Source: Vicugna vicugna
Lineage: Eukaryota
Assembly: GCA_013265495.1 (NCBI GenBank)
Contig: MU057887.1
Span: forward strand, 3,135,576-3,195,575
Length of the DNA: 60,000 bases
Direction: 5' to 3'
The translations under genes were made by a program, and so were the position numbers. Positions 10,690 to 22,544 of the stretch are shown piece after piece (the first letter of the stretch is position 1; each line of letters opens with the position of its first letter). The notes beneath the pieces are model-generated. The model worked only from the letters and a program-made list of their open reading frames with translations. It was not told where the DNA came from and did no database searches.

Positions 10690-12140
10690 CCCTCCAGGTT
10701 TCTTTGTTTGTTGTTTAAAATTGTTTAGGCTGCTCGGTAAATTTTCTACGTAAATTTTAGAATCAGCCTGTCTATGCCTCTACAAAAACATTGTGGTGGA
10801 CTTCCAACCGGACTTAATTTAAATCCGTAGGTAAACTGGGGGAACTGGCATGTTCCCTACCTGAGTCCCCCAGCGCGTCAGCACCCTCTGCCTCTCCGCT
10901 CTTAGGTCTTCTCTGACTATTTCCACCAGCACTTCAGCACAAAGACGCTATCCGTGTTGCGTTCGCTTTTTCCCTAAGCGTCTCGTTTTTAAGTTGCCGT
11001 ACGTGGCGCTGTTTTACTAATTTCTGACTTCAGTTGTTCGCTGCCAGTGTGTAGAAATGTGGTTTCCTCTGATCCCAAATATTCCCTTCACTTTACTTGC
11101 TTTTGATTCCTTTGCTCATTTTCTTCTAATTTCTTGAAGTAAAAACATCTTACTAATTTTAACTCATTTTCTTTCTAATATAAGTGATTAATTCCATTAA
11201 TTTCCTTCTTAGCAACTCCTTCAGCTACATACTACAAACTCTGATATGATGAATTTTTAATATCTGTTCAGTTCAAAAGGTTCTCAAATTTTCGTTGAGG
11301 CTGCCTCTTGACCCACAGAATAATGTAGAAGTGGGTTATTTAATTTCCAAGTGTTTCGACATGTTCCTGGCATTTTTCTGTTATTGAAATTTTGATGCCT
11401 TTGTGGTCGGAGAACATGCTTTGTGTGATTCCGTTACTTAAACTGGGCCGTGGCTGGTTTCTCAGCAGGACGTGGTCTGTCTTGGCGAACGTCCCCTGTG
11501 CGTTGAAAGGAGCGCGTGTTCCGCTGCTGTCGGGGGCCAGCTGCTGGGTGGCGCTGGCCAGGCCCCCTCCAGCGTCTCTGATGTCCCGACCGCCAGGTCT
11601 GTCAGCGACTGAGGCGGGAGTGTTGGGGTTTCCGCTGTGACTGAACTTCTCCACGTAGCCTTTCAGTTCTATGCGTCCGAAGCTGTGTCTGCAGGTGCAC
11701 ACACGTTCAGTGTTGCTGTCGTGTCCTGTTGGTGGGGCGACCCCTTGGTCCTCACGTGACGTGGCTCTTTGTTGCGGCTTCATGTTTGCTTACTTTGACG
11801 CCTTCCCTGTTTGGTGGGAACAGAGCTACGTCACTCAGCTTTCTTTTGATTTGTTTCCATCTCACACCCAGGCTCCGTCTTCTCACTTCTGCACCAAGTG
11901 TATCATTTTGTTTGAAATGAGTTTCTTGCAGATAATGCACCTGGGTCAGGTTTTCCTGTCCATTCTGATAATGTCCATCGTCTGTTCAAACAGTTTGCCA
12001 TTCAGAAATAATCGATATGTTTAGATGTGTGTCTGCCATTTTGTCATTTGTTTTCTGTTTGTTCCAACTGTCTTTCCTCTGTTTCTCTTCTCCTCCTTTC
12101 TTCGATCATCTGAACAATTAATATTCCATTTTAGTTTTTA
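10690..12140 (-). mobile_element. L1 ORF2 fragments including decayed endonuclease domain
   Basis: Minus-strand ORF remnants 11340..11783 (NAQGTFAKTDHVL...SMFSDHKGIKISI, cf. L1 EN HGTFSRIDH...FSDHNGMKLEI) and 11752..11940 (YLQETHF, cf. CLQETH). The 10720-11060 block (aaattttagaatcagcctgtc) is antisense L1 ORF2. Confidence 0.88.
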
Positions 12141-12859
12141 GTTCCTTCCCCATCTCTTTCTGCAACATCTCCAGTCCTTCCTAGTCCCCAGAGTTCCCCC
12201 TTTTTATCTTCAAGCCAGAAATCTGGGCCTTTACAGACTCTCTCTGGCTGCACACAGCCCTCAGGTGCACCTGCTTTTGGAACCAAAGTGGAAGGAGATG
12301 AGAGACGGGAAAAAAGCAGTGGTATTCAGCCAGCTCCTTTGGCCCCGAGCACGTCTGCTCGCACAGGGAGCCCTCCTGCCTCAGCGCTGCGGGTGCCACC
12401 TCTGTCCTTGCTGTCCCTAAGGCTGCCCCCCGCTGACACTGTCTGCGTCGGGGGCTTGCGGTGACACAGCACAGATAAAGCAACGATGGGGACTCCCCCG
12501 TTTCTCCAGTGCGAGGCGACCCCAGCCCTTGAAGCAGGACTAGAGGGCTCTCCCAGAGCCTTGTCTGGGTTTCATGCTGCCCTGGGTCCAGGTCGGGAGA
12601 TGCTGAAGAATGCACACGGTGCGTGGGGGGACCGCTATCTTAGTCGCCCTTTGGATTCTGGCTTTCTTCCCCAATCCACCTGCCGCCGTGGACTTCCAGA
12701 GCCTTCAGAGGGCTGCCCAGGCATCGTGACCACGTCGGGAATAATGTTTAAAGGGATAAACAGGATCCAGCAGGAGGACTCCACCCAACCCAGGGCCAGC
12801 AGCCACAGAGCCTTTCCATCCGCAAAACACTGACAGCATTCACATCGGCCCTGAGACTT

Positions 12860-13600
12860 TCTTTGTGAATAGATTCACATCAAGTTCTTATTTTCTATCA
12901 TAATTTTGAATCAGGTATGTCAGCCATTTGTAGGAGCCTGTGTGTGTGTAATCAATTCATGTCTTAATTTACCTTAATTCCGGAAGATACGGTTCTGTAT
13001 TCTTGGTTTTCCAAAACCAGCAAACATTTTCTTTGTTGCTGTTAAGAATTCTCCTTTCCTACGGTTTAGACCACTTTAAAGACGCAGTTCTCCTAAGGCG
13101 CTTGTTGCAAACTTCAGCGCACTCTGAACTAACGCGACCAGCAAGACCAACGGCCGAGCTCTGACTCTGACTGAAGTGGCTTTAACGTTTTTGCTACACT
13201 TACATCTGCTGTTGCTCTTGGTAAATAGTCTTAGCTGCATTAAGGGAACGTCTTTGTATTGCTGTATTATATAGCAATTATTAGAATGCGTGCAGATCTC
13301 ATAAAATTCCTCTCCAGATCTTTTTAAGCAATTTTGCTCTGTTTCTCGTCTAATTCATCTTGGAATGGATGAAGCTGGAGAGTAGTGTGATGGTAAACTG
13401 CATCTGTGTTTCTGGGATAAACCCTCCGTTGTTGCTTTGTTTTATTCTCCGGATGCATTTCCGTATGCCACGGGCTAACTCGCTGCTTAGCGCTTCTGAC
13501 ATCCACGTCATGGTCAGGGCACTGGTTTTAAGGTGCGTGTATTAGGTTTGTTTTCAAAAGTGGAGTCGAGTGATTGTTGCCGTTTTCCGTGACACGGCTT
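12860..13600 (-). mobile_element. Old L1M ORF2 fragment
   Basis: Antisense L1-like text, e.g. gtaaactgcatctgtgtttctgggataaaccctccgttgttgc (cf. ccttgcattcctgggataaatcccacttggtc). Confidence 0.55.
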
Positions 13601-13681
13601 TAATGATGCTGTAATGACCAGTAGTGAGGCAGGTTTCAGAGCTGCAGAGTCGTCTGGCCCTGGAGCCTTGCTGAGGGCGAT

Positions 13682-13857
13682 CTTTTTATGGACGTGCAGC
13701 CTGTTTACAACGTTGTGTTGGTTTCCGGTGGGCAGCGCAGTGATTCGGTCATACACGTGTGTTCTTCTTCATATTCTTTCTCATCATAGGTTATTACCAG
13801 CTTGTTGCATATAGTTCCCCCTGCTGTTTACCTACTTTATACGGCAGTTTGTGCTGG
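13682..13857 (-). mobile_element. L1 3' end, Laurasiatherian/cetartiodactyl type, GC-shifted
   Basis: ttttatggacgtgcagcctgtttacaacgttgtgttggtttccggtgggcagcgcagtgattcggtcatacac...cataggttattaccag...tatagttccc corresponds to the recalled antisense L1 tail (gaagtatagttgatttacaatgttgtgttagtttctggtgtacagcatagtgattcagttatac). Confidence 0.8.
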
Positions 13858-14944
13858 AAGCAACATTTTTAAAGCAGCTTTCCGGGGCTTCCGCTGCTTC
13901 CTGCGCTGAGGCCTGCGGCTTCCGCTTGTCTGAGTCGCCACGTGACACAGCGGTTGTCAGGCTGCGGACAGATCTAGTAAATTCATTCCCAGATTCTCAA
14001 AGGCGAGTGTTTCCTCTGTGGCTCCAGTTTTACTTCTGTGAGCACACTGCCCTCGGCCCCAGGCCCCTCCTGGCTCTGGCCCAGCTGTGGCCTCACCCCC
14101 GCGTCACCAGGACTCCTCAGGTCACAGCGCCTGCCCACCCAGGACGGTGACGCCCCCACCTGTAGGCCTGCTCTCCGGGCGCCAGGACCCCTGGCCCCTC
14201 AGCAAGGGCCCCAGTTCCAGGGCCTCAGTGGTCTTTGGCGGTCTTCTCCCGAGGGTGGCCTGAGATGCATACCCCCGGGCTGCTGCGGGGGTCAGAGGGC
14301 AGCGGTTTGCAGGTTGCAGGACCTGGGACTCGGCACCTGGCGTTGCCGCAGGATTTGGGCAGGGCCCTTGGAGCAGGACGGAGTGGCGGGGGGAGCGGGC
14401 TGACAGAGTGTCCGGTGGTCTAGGCATCTGAGCTGAGCCTGGTCTTGTAGGCAGGAAGGAATTTTGTCGAGGGGGGCAAGTGGGAATGTGTTTTATGGTC
14501 TGTTCGCTTGATTTATTCTCTATGACCATTTAACCATGGAATTTGTGGGTCTTCATTTACATCACCCATTGAACCAGAGCAAAACTTTGTTCTGGGGCCC
14601 AACAGATGGTAGGGAAGGCCAAGGCCCATGGCCTCCAAGGGCAGAAGCTGCAGGACACACCGCAGGTCTGTGGTGCTGACTCCTGGGGGTGGGGCGGGGT
14701 TCAGACTCTCGCAGGGGAGGCGCAGGCACAGTGACGGGGAGCCGGGTTGTCGGCCACGGAACCTGTGGGTTGAGCCCCTCCCTGCTTCACACCTGATGGT
14801 CCTCCTAGTCTCTCACGCGGCTCCGCAGGGCTCACCTACTCACGGATCTGTTCAAAGACGTAGCTGTCGGATGGGCGCACATTGCCGCTACTTTTTTGTC
14901 TGGGCCTAGTTTGGGATCTCCTGATTTGTCTTTTTTTAAGTCAC

Positions 14945-14994
14945 TTTTTTAATTGAAGTGTGGTCAGTTTACAATGTTGTGTCAATTTCTGGTG
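14945..14994 (-). mobile_element. Very short 5'-truncated L1 3' terminus
   Basis: ttttttaattgaagtgtggtcagtttacaatgttgtgtcaatttctggtg: poly-T plus the extreme L1 3' end, resembling the camelid L1 tail as I recall it. Confidence 0.7.
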
Positions 14995-15049
14995 AGTTTG
15001 GTCGTGTTATTGATCTCTCTTTGCTTCTCCCTGCTCCTTAACTGTCTCT

Positions 15050-16260
15050 CTCTGGCATGAAATACCCAGTTACCAGCACCCTGTTCAACCAGGACGGCCC
15101 GCGCGGCCCCCGCACGCGCGGAGGACCCTCCCACCCCGAGGACGTCCAGCCAGTTTGCGGAGGAGGGTCTCTTCTCCGCGTCCTTTGAGGCCAGCGGGGC
15201 ACTCGGGGGCGCCCTGGCACGTGGAGCCAAGAGTCTAGGAAGGGCCTCCTGCCTCCCCAGGGCCCTCAGAGCTGCGCTCACCGTGGCATCGTGTAATTTG
15301 AATTCCATCGGCTCAGAGCTGGAGAAAAGGCTGCGACACCGCAGCCGACGTCCGTGCTTGCTCTGTTGGCTCTGAAATGTATGACCGGCTTTGAAGACAA
15401 TCCACAAATATGAGGAAAGCGTAGATTCTAATAAAAGGTCAGTACGTGTCTGCTGAAGCCCACTGCTTTGCGGCATCGCTCAGGCCTCTGGCCCGTCGTC
15501 CAGGGTCTGTGCTCACTCTCGGGCTCCTCGCTCCAGATCACGTATTTGTCACCATTTTTGCTTTATTTTCTTAACTAGCCACTGCAGGTCTCTGGGGCAC
15601 ACGAGTCTGAGACTGTGAACAGTTACTTACAGCTCGTGCCCCTTGGAATTGGCTCACATCACAGGTCTGTGACTGTTCACTGCGTTTCAGCTCAAATTCT
15701 AAAATTCCACATGGCACACGGATATTAAAATGAACATCTGCTTTTTAAAAAAAAGCATTTGCATCTACATGGAATTTTTGTCCACTTCAGTACTTAGTTT
15801 TCTTAAATGTGTTTCATGCCAGGCTCAGGTAACTAGTTTTGGGTTTGGAGCTGTTTCCCCCCCCACCCCGGCTTGTTATTGCAGCGGAGAATTCGGTCTG
15901 ACAGCATTTAGCGTCAACAACTGGTGGATGGACTGCTCCTCCTCCAGCTCCTTTAGGGACCGTCCTGGTCCCCTCTGTGTGGTCTCCCTCATCATTATTA
16001 CTGTGATAATTGTCTTTAAATGACATAACTGAATAAAAAGGACGATTATAATCTTTATGATTATAATCATTAATTTTATAATATGGATATAAATCATTAA
16101 TTCTATAACATAATCATCACCTCGTTGGTCTGCCCAAACTGTTACCCGACGCTGTTTTTCCATTTTTGAACTTAGGAGTCCTCCTGCCCTGTTTCCATCT
16201 GCGAAACGGTCTCTTACTCTACAGTCAAATAAATGCAGAATGGTGGACTCTCTCCCATGA
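15050..16260 (-). mobile_element. Degraded L1M fragments
   Basis: atacccagttaccagcaccctgtt, gtaatttgaattccatcggctcagag and T-rich antisense-L1 texture; includes an AT low-complexity patch at 16040-16120. Confidence 0.45.
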
Positions 16261-17072
16261 AGACTCAGTTCCCTGCTTCTTCCAGACAAGCCATTTCTAG
16301 ACTCTTCTTGCTCCCTGTCCCCCAAGCTGGGCCTCTCTGGCGAGCTCCGGTCCTCTGTCTCCCCGGCCCCGCCTCAGGTGTGGCGGGTTGGCTTCGGACC
16401 CCGGTGCCCGCAGACCAGCGCTGCAGGGGGGCGTCCACTGCGCGCGGTGCCCGTGGCCCGAGGGCACCACGTACCACACCCCACCGGCCCGCAGGGCGTG
16501 ATGGGGACGTCGCCCCGCCCCGCTGACAGCGCTGTCCGCTCCCAGGTCCTCCTCCGCCGCGCAGCCCTTGGGGCGCCCGGCGGTTTCTGGGCGGGAGCAG
16601 GCGTCATTCTGCCCTGAGAGCTGTCCCCTTCCTGCTGTGACGCTGGACCCGCCCGCCCCCCCAACACCGGTTCTTCTGAAGGATTCTGAGATGCTCCCTT
16701 TATCCTTGGATTCCAGGGATTTTCCCAGAATACATACAAGTGTTTACCATCTTCTCAGAATCCCGCCTGGGATTCAGTGAGACTGGACCAGCCAACCGCA
16801 GCCCTCAGCAGTGGGAGGCTAGCTCTCATCTGTTTCGTTACTGGCTGGCCTTCGTTTCCCCAGAAACCCCATCATCTGGATGTTCGGTCTCTTAAATCTG
16901 TTCTCTGAATCTGATTTTTTCACTGGAGTTTTTCTTTTAATTAATTAATTTATTTTTTTATTTTGGTGTTTTGCTCTTTCTTCCACATTCTCTCCCAGGA
17001 CAGTCCGCGGCGGCTCAGCAGTGACCGTCCTCTCCGTCTGCTGGGCTTTTAGTAAGAAGCATTATTTCGCGT

Positions 17073-18380
17073 TTCCGGGAAGTGACCTTTCTGCTGCACG
17101 TGGCCCCTCAAGTGCATTCATTGCATTTTTGTCCGGGTTTCGTCTTTCTCCCCACCTCCTCCGTCCCGTGGGGGCCCGCCCGGGGTTCTGTCTGCTTCCC
17201 TGCCTCTGGCGGCCCACGTGCAAGGAGCCGTCAGCCGTGACTGGGGACAACGGGCTCAGCCTGGGGGGAGCCCTCCACACTGTCTTCCTGGGCAGCAGAA
17301 GGGGCCGTCTGGCCGGGATTGGGGGTGGGGTGGGGGGAGGGGGAGGAGCTGGAGCTCCTGTGTTCCCCACGTCGGTCTTGAAGCCTCTGCCTCTGCAGGC
17401 GTCTTCCCAGCCCACATCCCACTTGTCCTGATAAAACCCTCTAACAAATTGAGCAAACGGGTCTTGGCGGTGCCTTCCCGCCCCCTGCGCCACTCCAGCC
17501 AGAGCAGCCTCCCCGCTACTTTTCCCGGAACTGCTGTCTCTGCCCCGGCCCCCCTTTCTAATTCCCCACCTGCTCTGCCCACCGAGGACCTTCCCTCCCA
17601 GGGTGCTGGGGGGGCGGTGCCAAAATAGGGACTGGCCCAGAAGAGGAGGGTCTGTGGACGCCCGTCCCAGGGCAGCGGGAGTGCCTGTGCCCTGGGCTCC
17701 CTGAGACTCTGCTGCTGAGACAGGCCATTCCGGGAAGTGACCTTTCTGCTGCACGTGGCCCCTCAAGTGCATTCATTGCATTTTTGTCCGGGTTTCGTCT
17801 TTCTCCCCACCTCCTCCGTCCCGTGGGGGCCCGCCCGGGGTTCTGTCTGCTTCCCTGCCTCTGGCGGCCCACGTGCAAGGAGCCGTCAGCCGTGACTGGG
17901 GACAACGGGCTCAGCCTGGGGGGAGCCCTCCACACTGTCTTCCTGGGCAGCAGAAGGGGCCGTCTGGCCGGGATTGGGGGTGGGGTGGGGGGAGGGGGAG
18001 GACCTGGAGCTCCTGTGTTCCCCACGTCGGTCTTGAAGCCTCTGCCTCTGCAGGCGTCTTCCCAGCCCACATCCCACTTGTCCTGATAAAACCCTCTAAC
18101 AAATTGAGCAAACGGGTCTTGGCGGTGCCTTCCCGCCCCCTGCGCCACTCCAGCCAGGGCAGCCTCCCCGCCACTTTTCCCGGAACTGCTGTCTCTGCCC
18201 CGGCCCCCCTTTCTAATTCCCCACCTGCTCTGCCCACCGAGGACCTTCCCTCCCAGGGTGCTGGGGGAGGGTGCCAAAATAGGGACTGGCCCAGAAGAGG
18301 AGGGTCTGTGGACGCCCGTCCCAGGGCAGCGGGAGTGCCTGTGCCCTGGGCTCCCTGAGACTCTGCTGCTGAGACAGGCC
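17073..18380. repeat. Tandem duplication, ~654-bp unit x2 (17073-17726, 17728-18380) separated by one A
   Basis: Both copies begin ttccgggaagtgacctttctgctgcacg and end ctgctgagacaggcc. They differ by a few substitutions and a 1-bp indel. Confidence 0.97.
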
Positions 18381-18547
18381 GGGAGGGGTTCTGAGTCACA
18401 GCCCAGGACAGACACCCTGGACGCACAGCTGAAAAAGACAGCAAGGCTTAGAAGGCTCGAGGGACAGCCCAGGTCACAGCAGGCCTGCTGGTGTCTGTTT
18501 CAGTCATCGCGGGAAAACCGCCCCCAGAGAGATGCCAGCTGGGGGGA

Positions 18548-18883
18548 NNNNNNNNNNNNNNNNNNNNNNNNNNNNNNNNNNNNNNNNNNNNNNNNNNNNN
18601 NNNNNNNNNNNNNNNNNNNNNNNNNNNNNNNNNNNNNNNNNNNNNNNNNNNNNNNNNNNNNNNNNNNNNNNNNNNNNNNNNNNNNNNNNNNNNNNNNNNN
18701 NNNNNNNNNNNNNNNNNNNNNNNNNNNNNNNNNNNNNNNNNNNNNNNNNNNNNNNNNNNNNNNNNNNNNNNNNNNNNNNNNNNNNNNNNNNNNNNNNNNN
18801 NNNNNNNNNNNNNNNNNNNNNNNNNNNNNNNNNNNNNNNNNNNNNNNNNNNNNNNNNNNNNNNNNNNNNNNNNNNNNNNNNNN
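18548..18883. other. Assembly gap (N run)
   Basis: Run of N. Confidence 1.
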
Positions 18884-20699
18884 CCAGCTATGGGGGTTGT
18901 GGGTGGGGGGACAGAGGGGCACTGGGAGGGGGGCTGGGGAGAGAGACAGGTATGTAAACTCACACTCACAAGCCAGACACGATTTCACAGTTGTATGTGC
19001 ACAGGTGTGTGTGCACAGGTGTGTGTGCATGCAGGTGTGCATGACCACATGGCAGATTACCAAGTACCTGCGGGCTGAGCACTGCGGGGAGCCCCTGGCC
19101 CTCGGAGGACCCCCAGGAGTGGGCGAGGGGAGGGCGTCTGCGCCTGAGCCTCTCAGGGTGTGGTGTGAAGGCGGCAGATTCCTGAGCCCAAGACCCCGCC
19201 TTTTACCCCCGCCCCCCAGACAGCACCATGTCATCTAAGCCCGGGGAACACAGGTCCGGAGGCGCTGATCAGTGGTCATCTCCCACAAGGGAGACACCTG
19301 GGCCCGGAGGCTGGCAGCCTTTCACCGCCCAGATGGGCTACCTGGGGGTGGGGACGGGTGGTCACAATGCCCGGCAGCAGGGAATAAGTGCAGGGGCTGG
19401 GGCTTGATCAGAGGGTCCCAGCCACAGTTCAGGGCCAGGGCCCCAGGGCCTCCCACACCCAGAACCTGCACCCCACGTGCCCAGACACTGACCTCATTCC
19501 CCTGCGTCGTCCCAAAACAACTCGTTTTGCCGTGGACCGCTGCGGCAGACATGGGGCCACTTCACTGTGCTGTGGGGTTTCCTCTCTGGCTGCACCTCCC
19601 TCTGGGCGCCTCATGTACCCTCTGCCCCCACACTGACTCCGGGGACACCGCCCCCAGGAAGCCTCCCTCGGTGCCCTCTGACTCTGGACCACTGTGTCTC
19701 GGAGCCCATGATGGTGGTCGGCCCTTGACTTCCGCTTACAGGGCGGAGGGATCCCTGAGGACGGAGACCGTGACTGGACTCACCTTGGCAGGAGACACAG
19801 TGTCTGCACAGAGCAGTGACTCAGTACATTTTTGGGGTTTAATTCACCCAGTTTTGTCATTAAAAGAGAACTGTTCTCCTGCAGGAGGAGTCCCAGCTGA
19901 ACTGGCTGCCTGAAATCCTCTCTGGAAGGAGAAACAGCCTTTACCTTCCCGGTCTCGCAGGCGGCACCACTCTAAGCCCATGCAGTTAACTTCCCAGCCC
20001 CCAAGGTGGTCTGATTTGAGTCCAACTGCATTGTTTCAGGATTTCCTCTCAGGTTTTCTTTAATTCCTCAGCCTCCTTCAGAACCAGCACAGAGACGCGA
20101 GCCTTGCCGGGAAAGGAGGTCTCATCCACGTCCCTGCCGTGCCCCGAGTCACGCCGGACGGTCTCCTCAGCACAGGTGCCCCAGCCCCCGTCACGGCCAA
20201 GCCAGCCCCGCAGAGCTCCTCTGGTGGGGATGGAGACACTCTGCGTTTCGCGAGTTTGTCCGAGCTGAGTCCCATAGGGCCTCCCGAGCCGGCCGGGGCG
20301 CTCCTGCCTCTTGAAAGAGCTCTCGGCGGAAATGCCTGAGGGAGGAAGAAACTGACTCCACTGCTGATGGACACGTGTGCGCCTCAGTCAGCCCGGAACC
20401 ACTCCAGCTGCTCTGGGTCCTGCGGTGCTTCCTCGCAGGACCTGCCGTGTGTGCTCTGGCCCGGGAACACATCTGGCGCGAGCTCCCGGCACATCCCAGC
20501 CCCGGCAGCCGCTCCTGTCCTGGGGAGGCTGGGGACCTGCCCGCGGGCCGTGGGACCATCCCTGCGATGCGCTCGCTGCCAGTCAGGAGCCAAGAGCTAA
20601 ACGCACAGCACTAGAAGACGGGAGGGTTCTGGTCGGGGCTCTCTTCTCCCTGCAGGTGATGCTCTGACGCCATCCCTCTCTCCGTCTAGAAGTCACAGG

Positions 20700-21350
20700 G
20701 TCATTCTGACTCCATGCGCCCTCCTCCCCTGACCTCCCATCCGTCAGTAAGTCTTCTCTGCTTCACCCCCTTCATGTCTCCCAGCAGCACTGTTTCTCCC
20801 ATGTCTGTCACCGCACCGGCCCCAGCCGCCGGCCCCTCTCCCCGGGACGGCACGGAGGCTCCAGCCGTCAGACCCCGTGCAGCAAGCCCACCTTGGCAGG
20901 TGGGACCAGAGTCTCCCCCGCGCTCAGACCACAAGCCTGGTCATGCCCTTCACCCCTAGTCCTGCAGGTTTCTCACCTTCATCCCCTGGTGCCTCCTACC
21001 CTGGGAGCAGATCGTGATCCACAGGGACTCCCGTTCGGCTTCTGCTGGGTCTCCTCCCCTTGCGCCTCACCTCACTAACTTCCCGGCCTGGGAATGCGCG
21101 CTTCACCGTCCCTGGAGACCTGCCACACTCCTCTCAACGGCCTCGAGCCACTGCCCCACTGGCATCAGGCGGCGAACGCGACCCACCCTGGCCTCCGTGC
21201 CTTTGCTGGCTCTGTTCCCTCCGCCAGTGGCCTGGCGCCTCCGTCCCTTGTGCCCGCCTTCCAGGCTCAGCTCCACACCCTCCCCTGCAGGAAGGCCCCC
21301 CCAACTGGGACGGCATCATCCACGCACCTCCCGTGCTGCTGGCTTTCCCA
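20700..21350 (+). mobile_element. L2 LINE 3' fragment
   Basis: ccatccgtcagtaagtcttctctgcttc, cacaagcctggtcatgcccttcaccc and ccgtgcctttgctggctctgttccctccgcc match L2 3' motifs (cagggcctttgcacttgctgttccctctgcc). Confidence 0.6.
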
Positions 21351-21419
21351 CGTTACCTCGGAATTACGTTTTGTTTCCCCACTAAGATGGTGTTGATTGA
21401 CATAAATGTACAGCCTCAA

Positions 21420-22230
21420 AGATGAGAGTCATGTTTTTCAAAGATGAGACTTTCTGCGGACGAGCCCGGAGGCGGCCCCTCAGGTCCCCGAGGGACCGCG
21501 CCGCAGAGGTGGGGAGGAGCCAGGATGGACAGGAGTTTCACAACAAAGGCCTCAGGTAGTCGGAACCTCAAAAGATGGCTGTTAATAGAGAAAACCACAC
21601 ATCGTAAGGGAAAGAATTCAGTGCTTGTCTGTGTCGGGGGAGGCGCAGAGGCCTGGGCTCGCTGGAATCATCCCCTGGAGGAGTGCCGAGCTCTCCAGGG
21701 CGTGTCCTGTCCCTGCGCATCCGAGCCCGCCGGGCGGCCGCAGCGCGGGCTGCCTGCCCGTGTGCCCGCTGAGCTGGATGGTGACCTGCCGGCCGCGGCA
21801 GCCTTTGCTGGTGGATACAGCTGCAGTATTCCTCGTTCACCATGGCAGGAAATAAGAAGTAAAGAAATGGTCAGAAAGCTCAGAATCGTAAAACTCACTG
21901 CGTGCGTGGGAGGAGGGTAACCAGCCCGAGAGGGAGAAAAACAAGCCAGCCGCTCCGTCCCCGGAGAGCGCGCGGCGGTCGGCTCCCGTGCGTGAGGAGG
22001 GCACCTGCACGTCCCCCGAGGTGGACGTGTGCGCGGGCGCGGTCACGGCGGCAGCAAGGACGGCGGCGTCGGGCAGGGGAGGGGCTCTGCCTGTGTGCGC
22101 GGGGGCCTTGTGTGCTGGGCACCCCCTTCCTGGGCAGGTGGCCGGGAGACGGCCACGTCACATCGCGGCTGGTGGGGAGCGAGGGGCGAGCTGCTCACGT
22201 AGTCTCCTTCGTCACCTCATCCTAATAACA
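21420..22230 (+). mobile_element. Probable old L1ME 3' region, strongly GC-shifted
   Basis: A-rich remnants alternate with CpG-rich blocks. The end (ggggccttgtgtgctggg...cgagctgctcacgtag...cctaataacaaa) resembles L1ME 3' termini. Confidence 0.4.
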
Positions 22231-22544
22231 AACGCTGAGGCTATGGTCTCGGTCCAGCTGAGTCTTTATTCAAAGCTCTCTTTAAAGTGTGAAACTTGAA
22301 ATAACTTACATGTGCACAAAATACAGAAGGTTACACGCTGTGACCACTTGATCATCCATGTCTCAGTAGAGGACACTTTTCTTTTACTTCACTTTGTCTT
22401 CTGGCATCTGGAACCCTTGCGGGGCTCTCTCTCCTGCAGGTCTTGGTGGGACGAGGCCCTCCCACTGCACCCCCCGCCTCCCCCACTGCAGGCGGAGACG
22501 GCCCGGGGCTCACACCTGCAGGGGGGTGACTGAGGGGGCCCAGA

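Noticed and set aside
11340..11940. Endonuclease-like ORFs as a functional gene
   Set aside because: Fragmented, frameshifted L1 ORF2 remnants.
18258..19238. Long ORFs spanning N runs (also 42684-43404)
   Set aside because: Length is an artefact of translating the gap.
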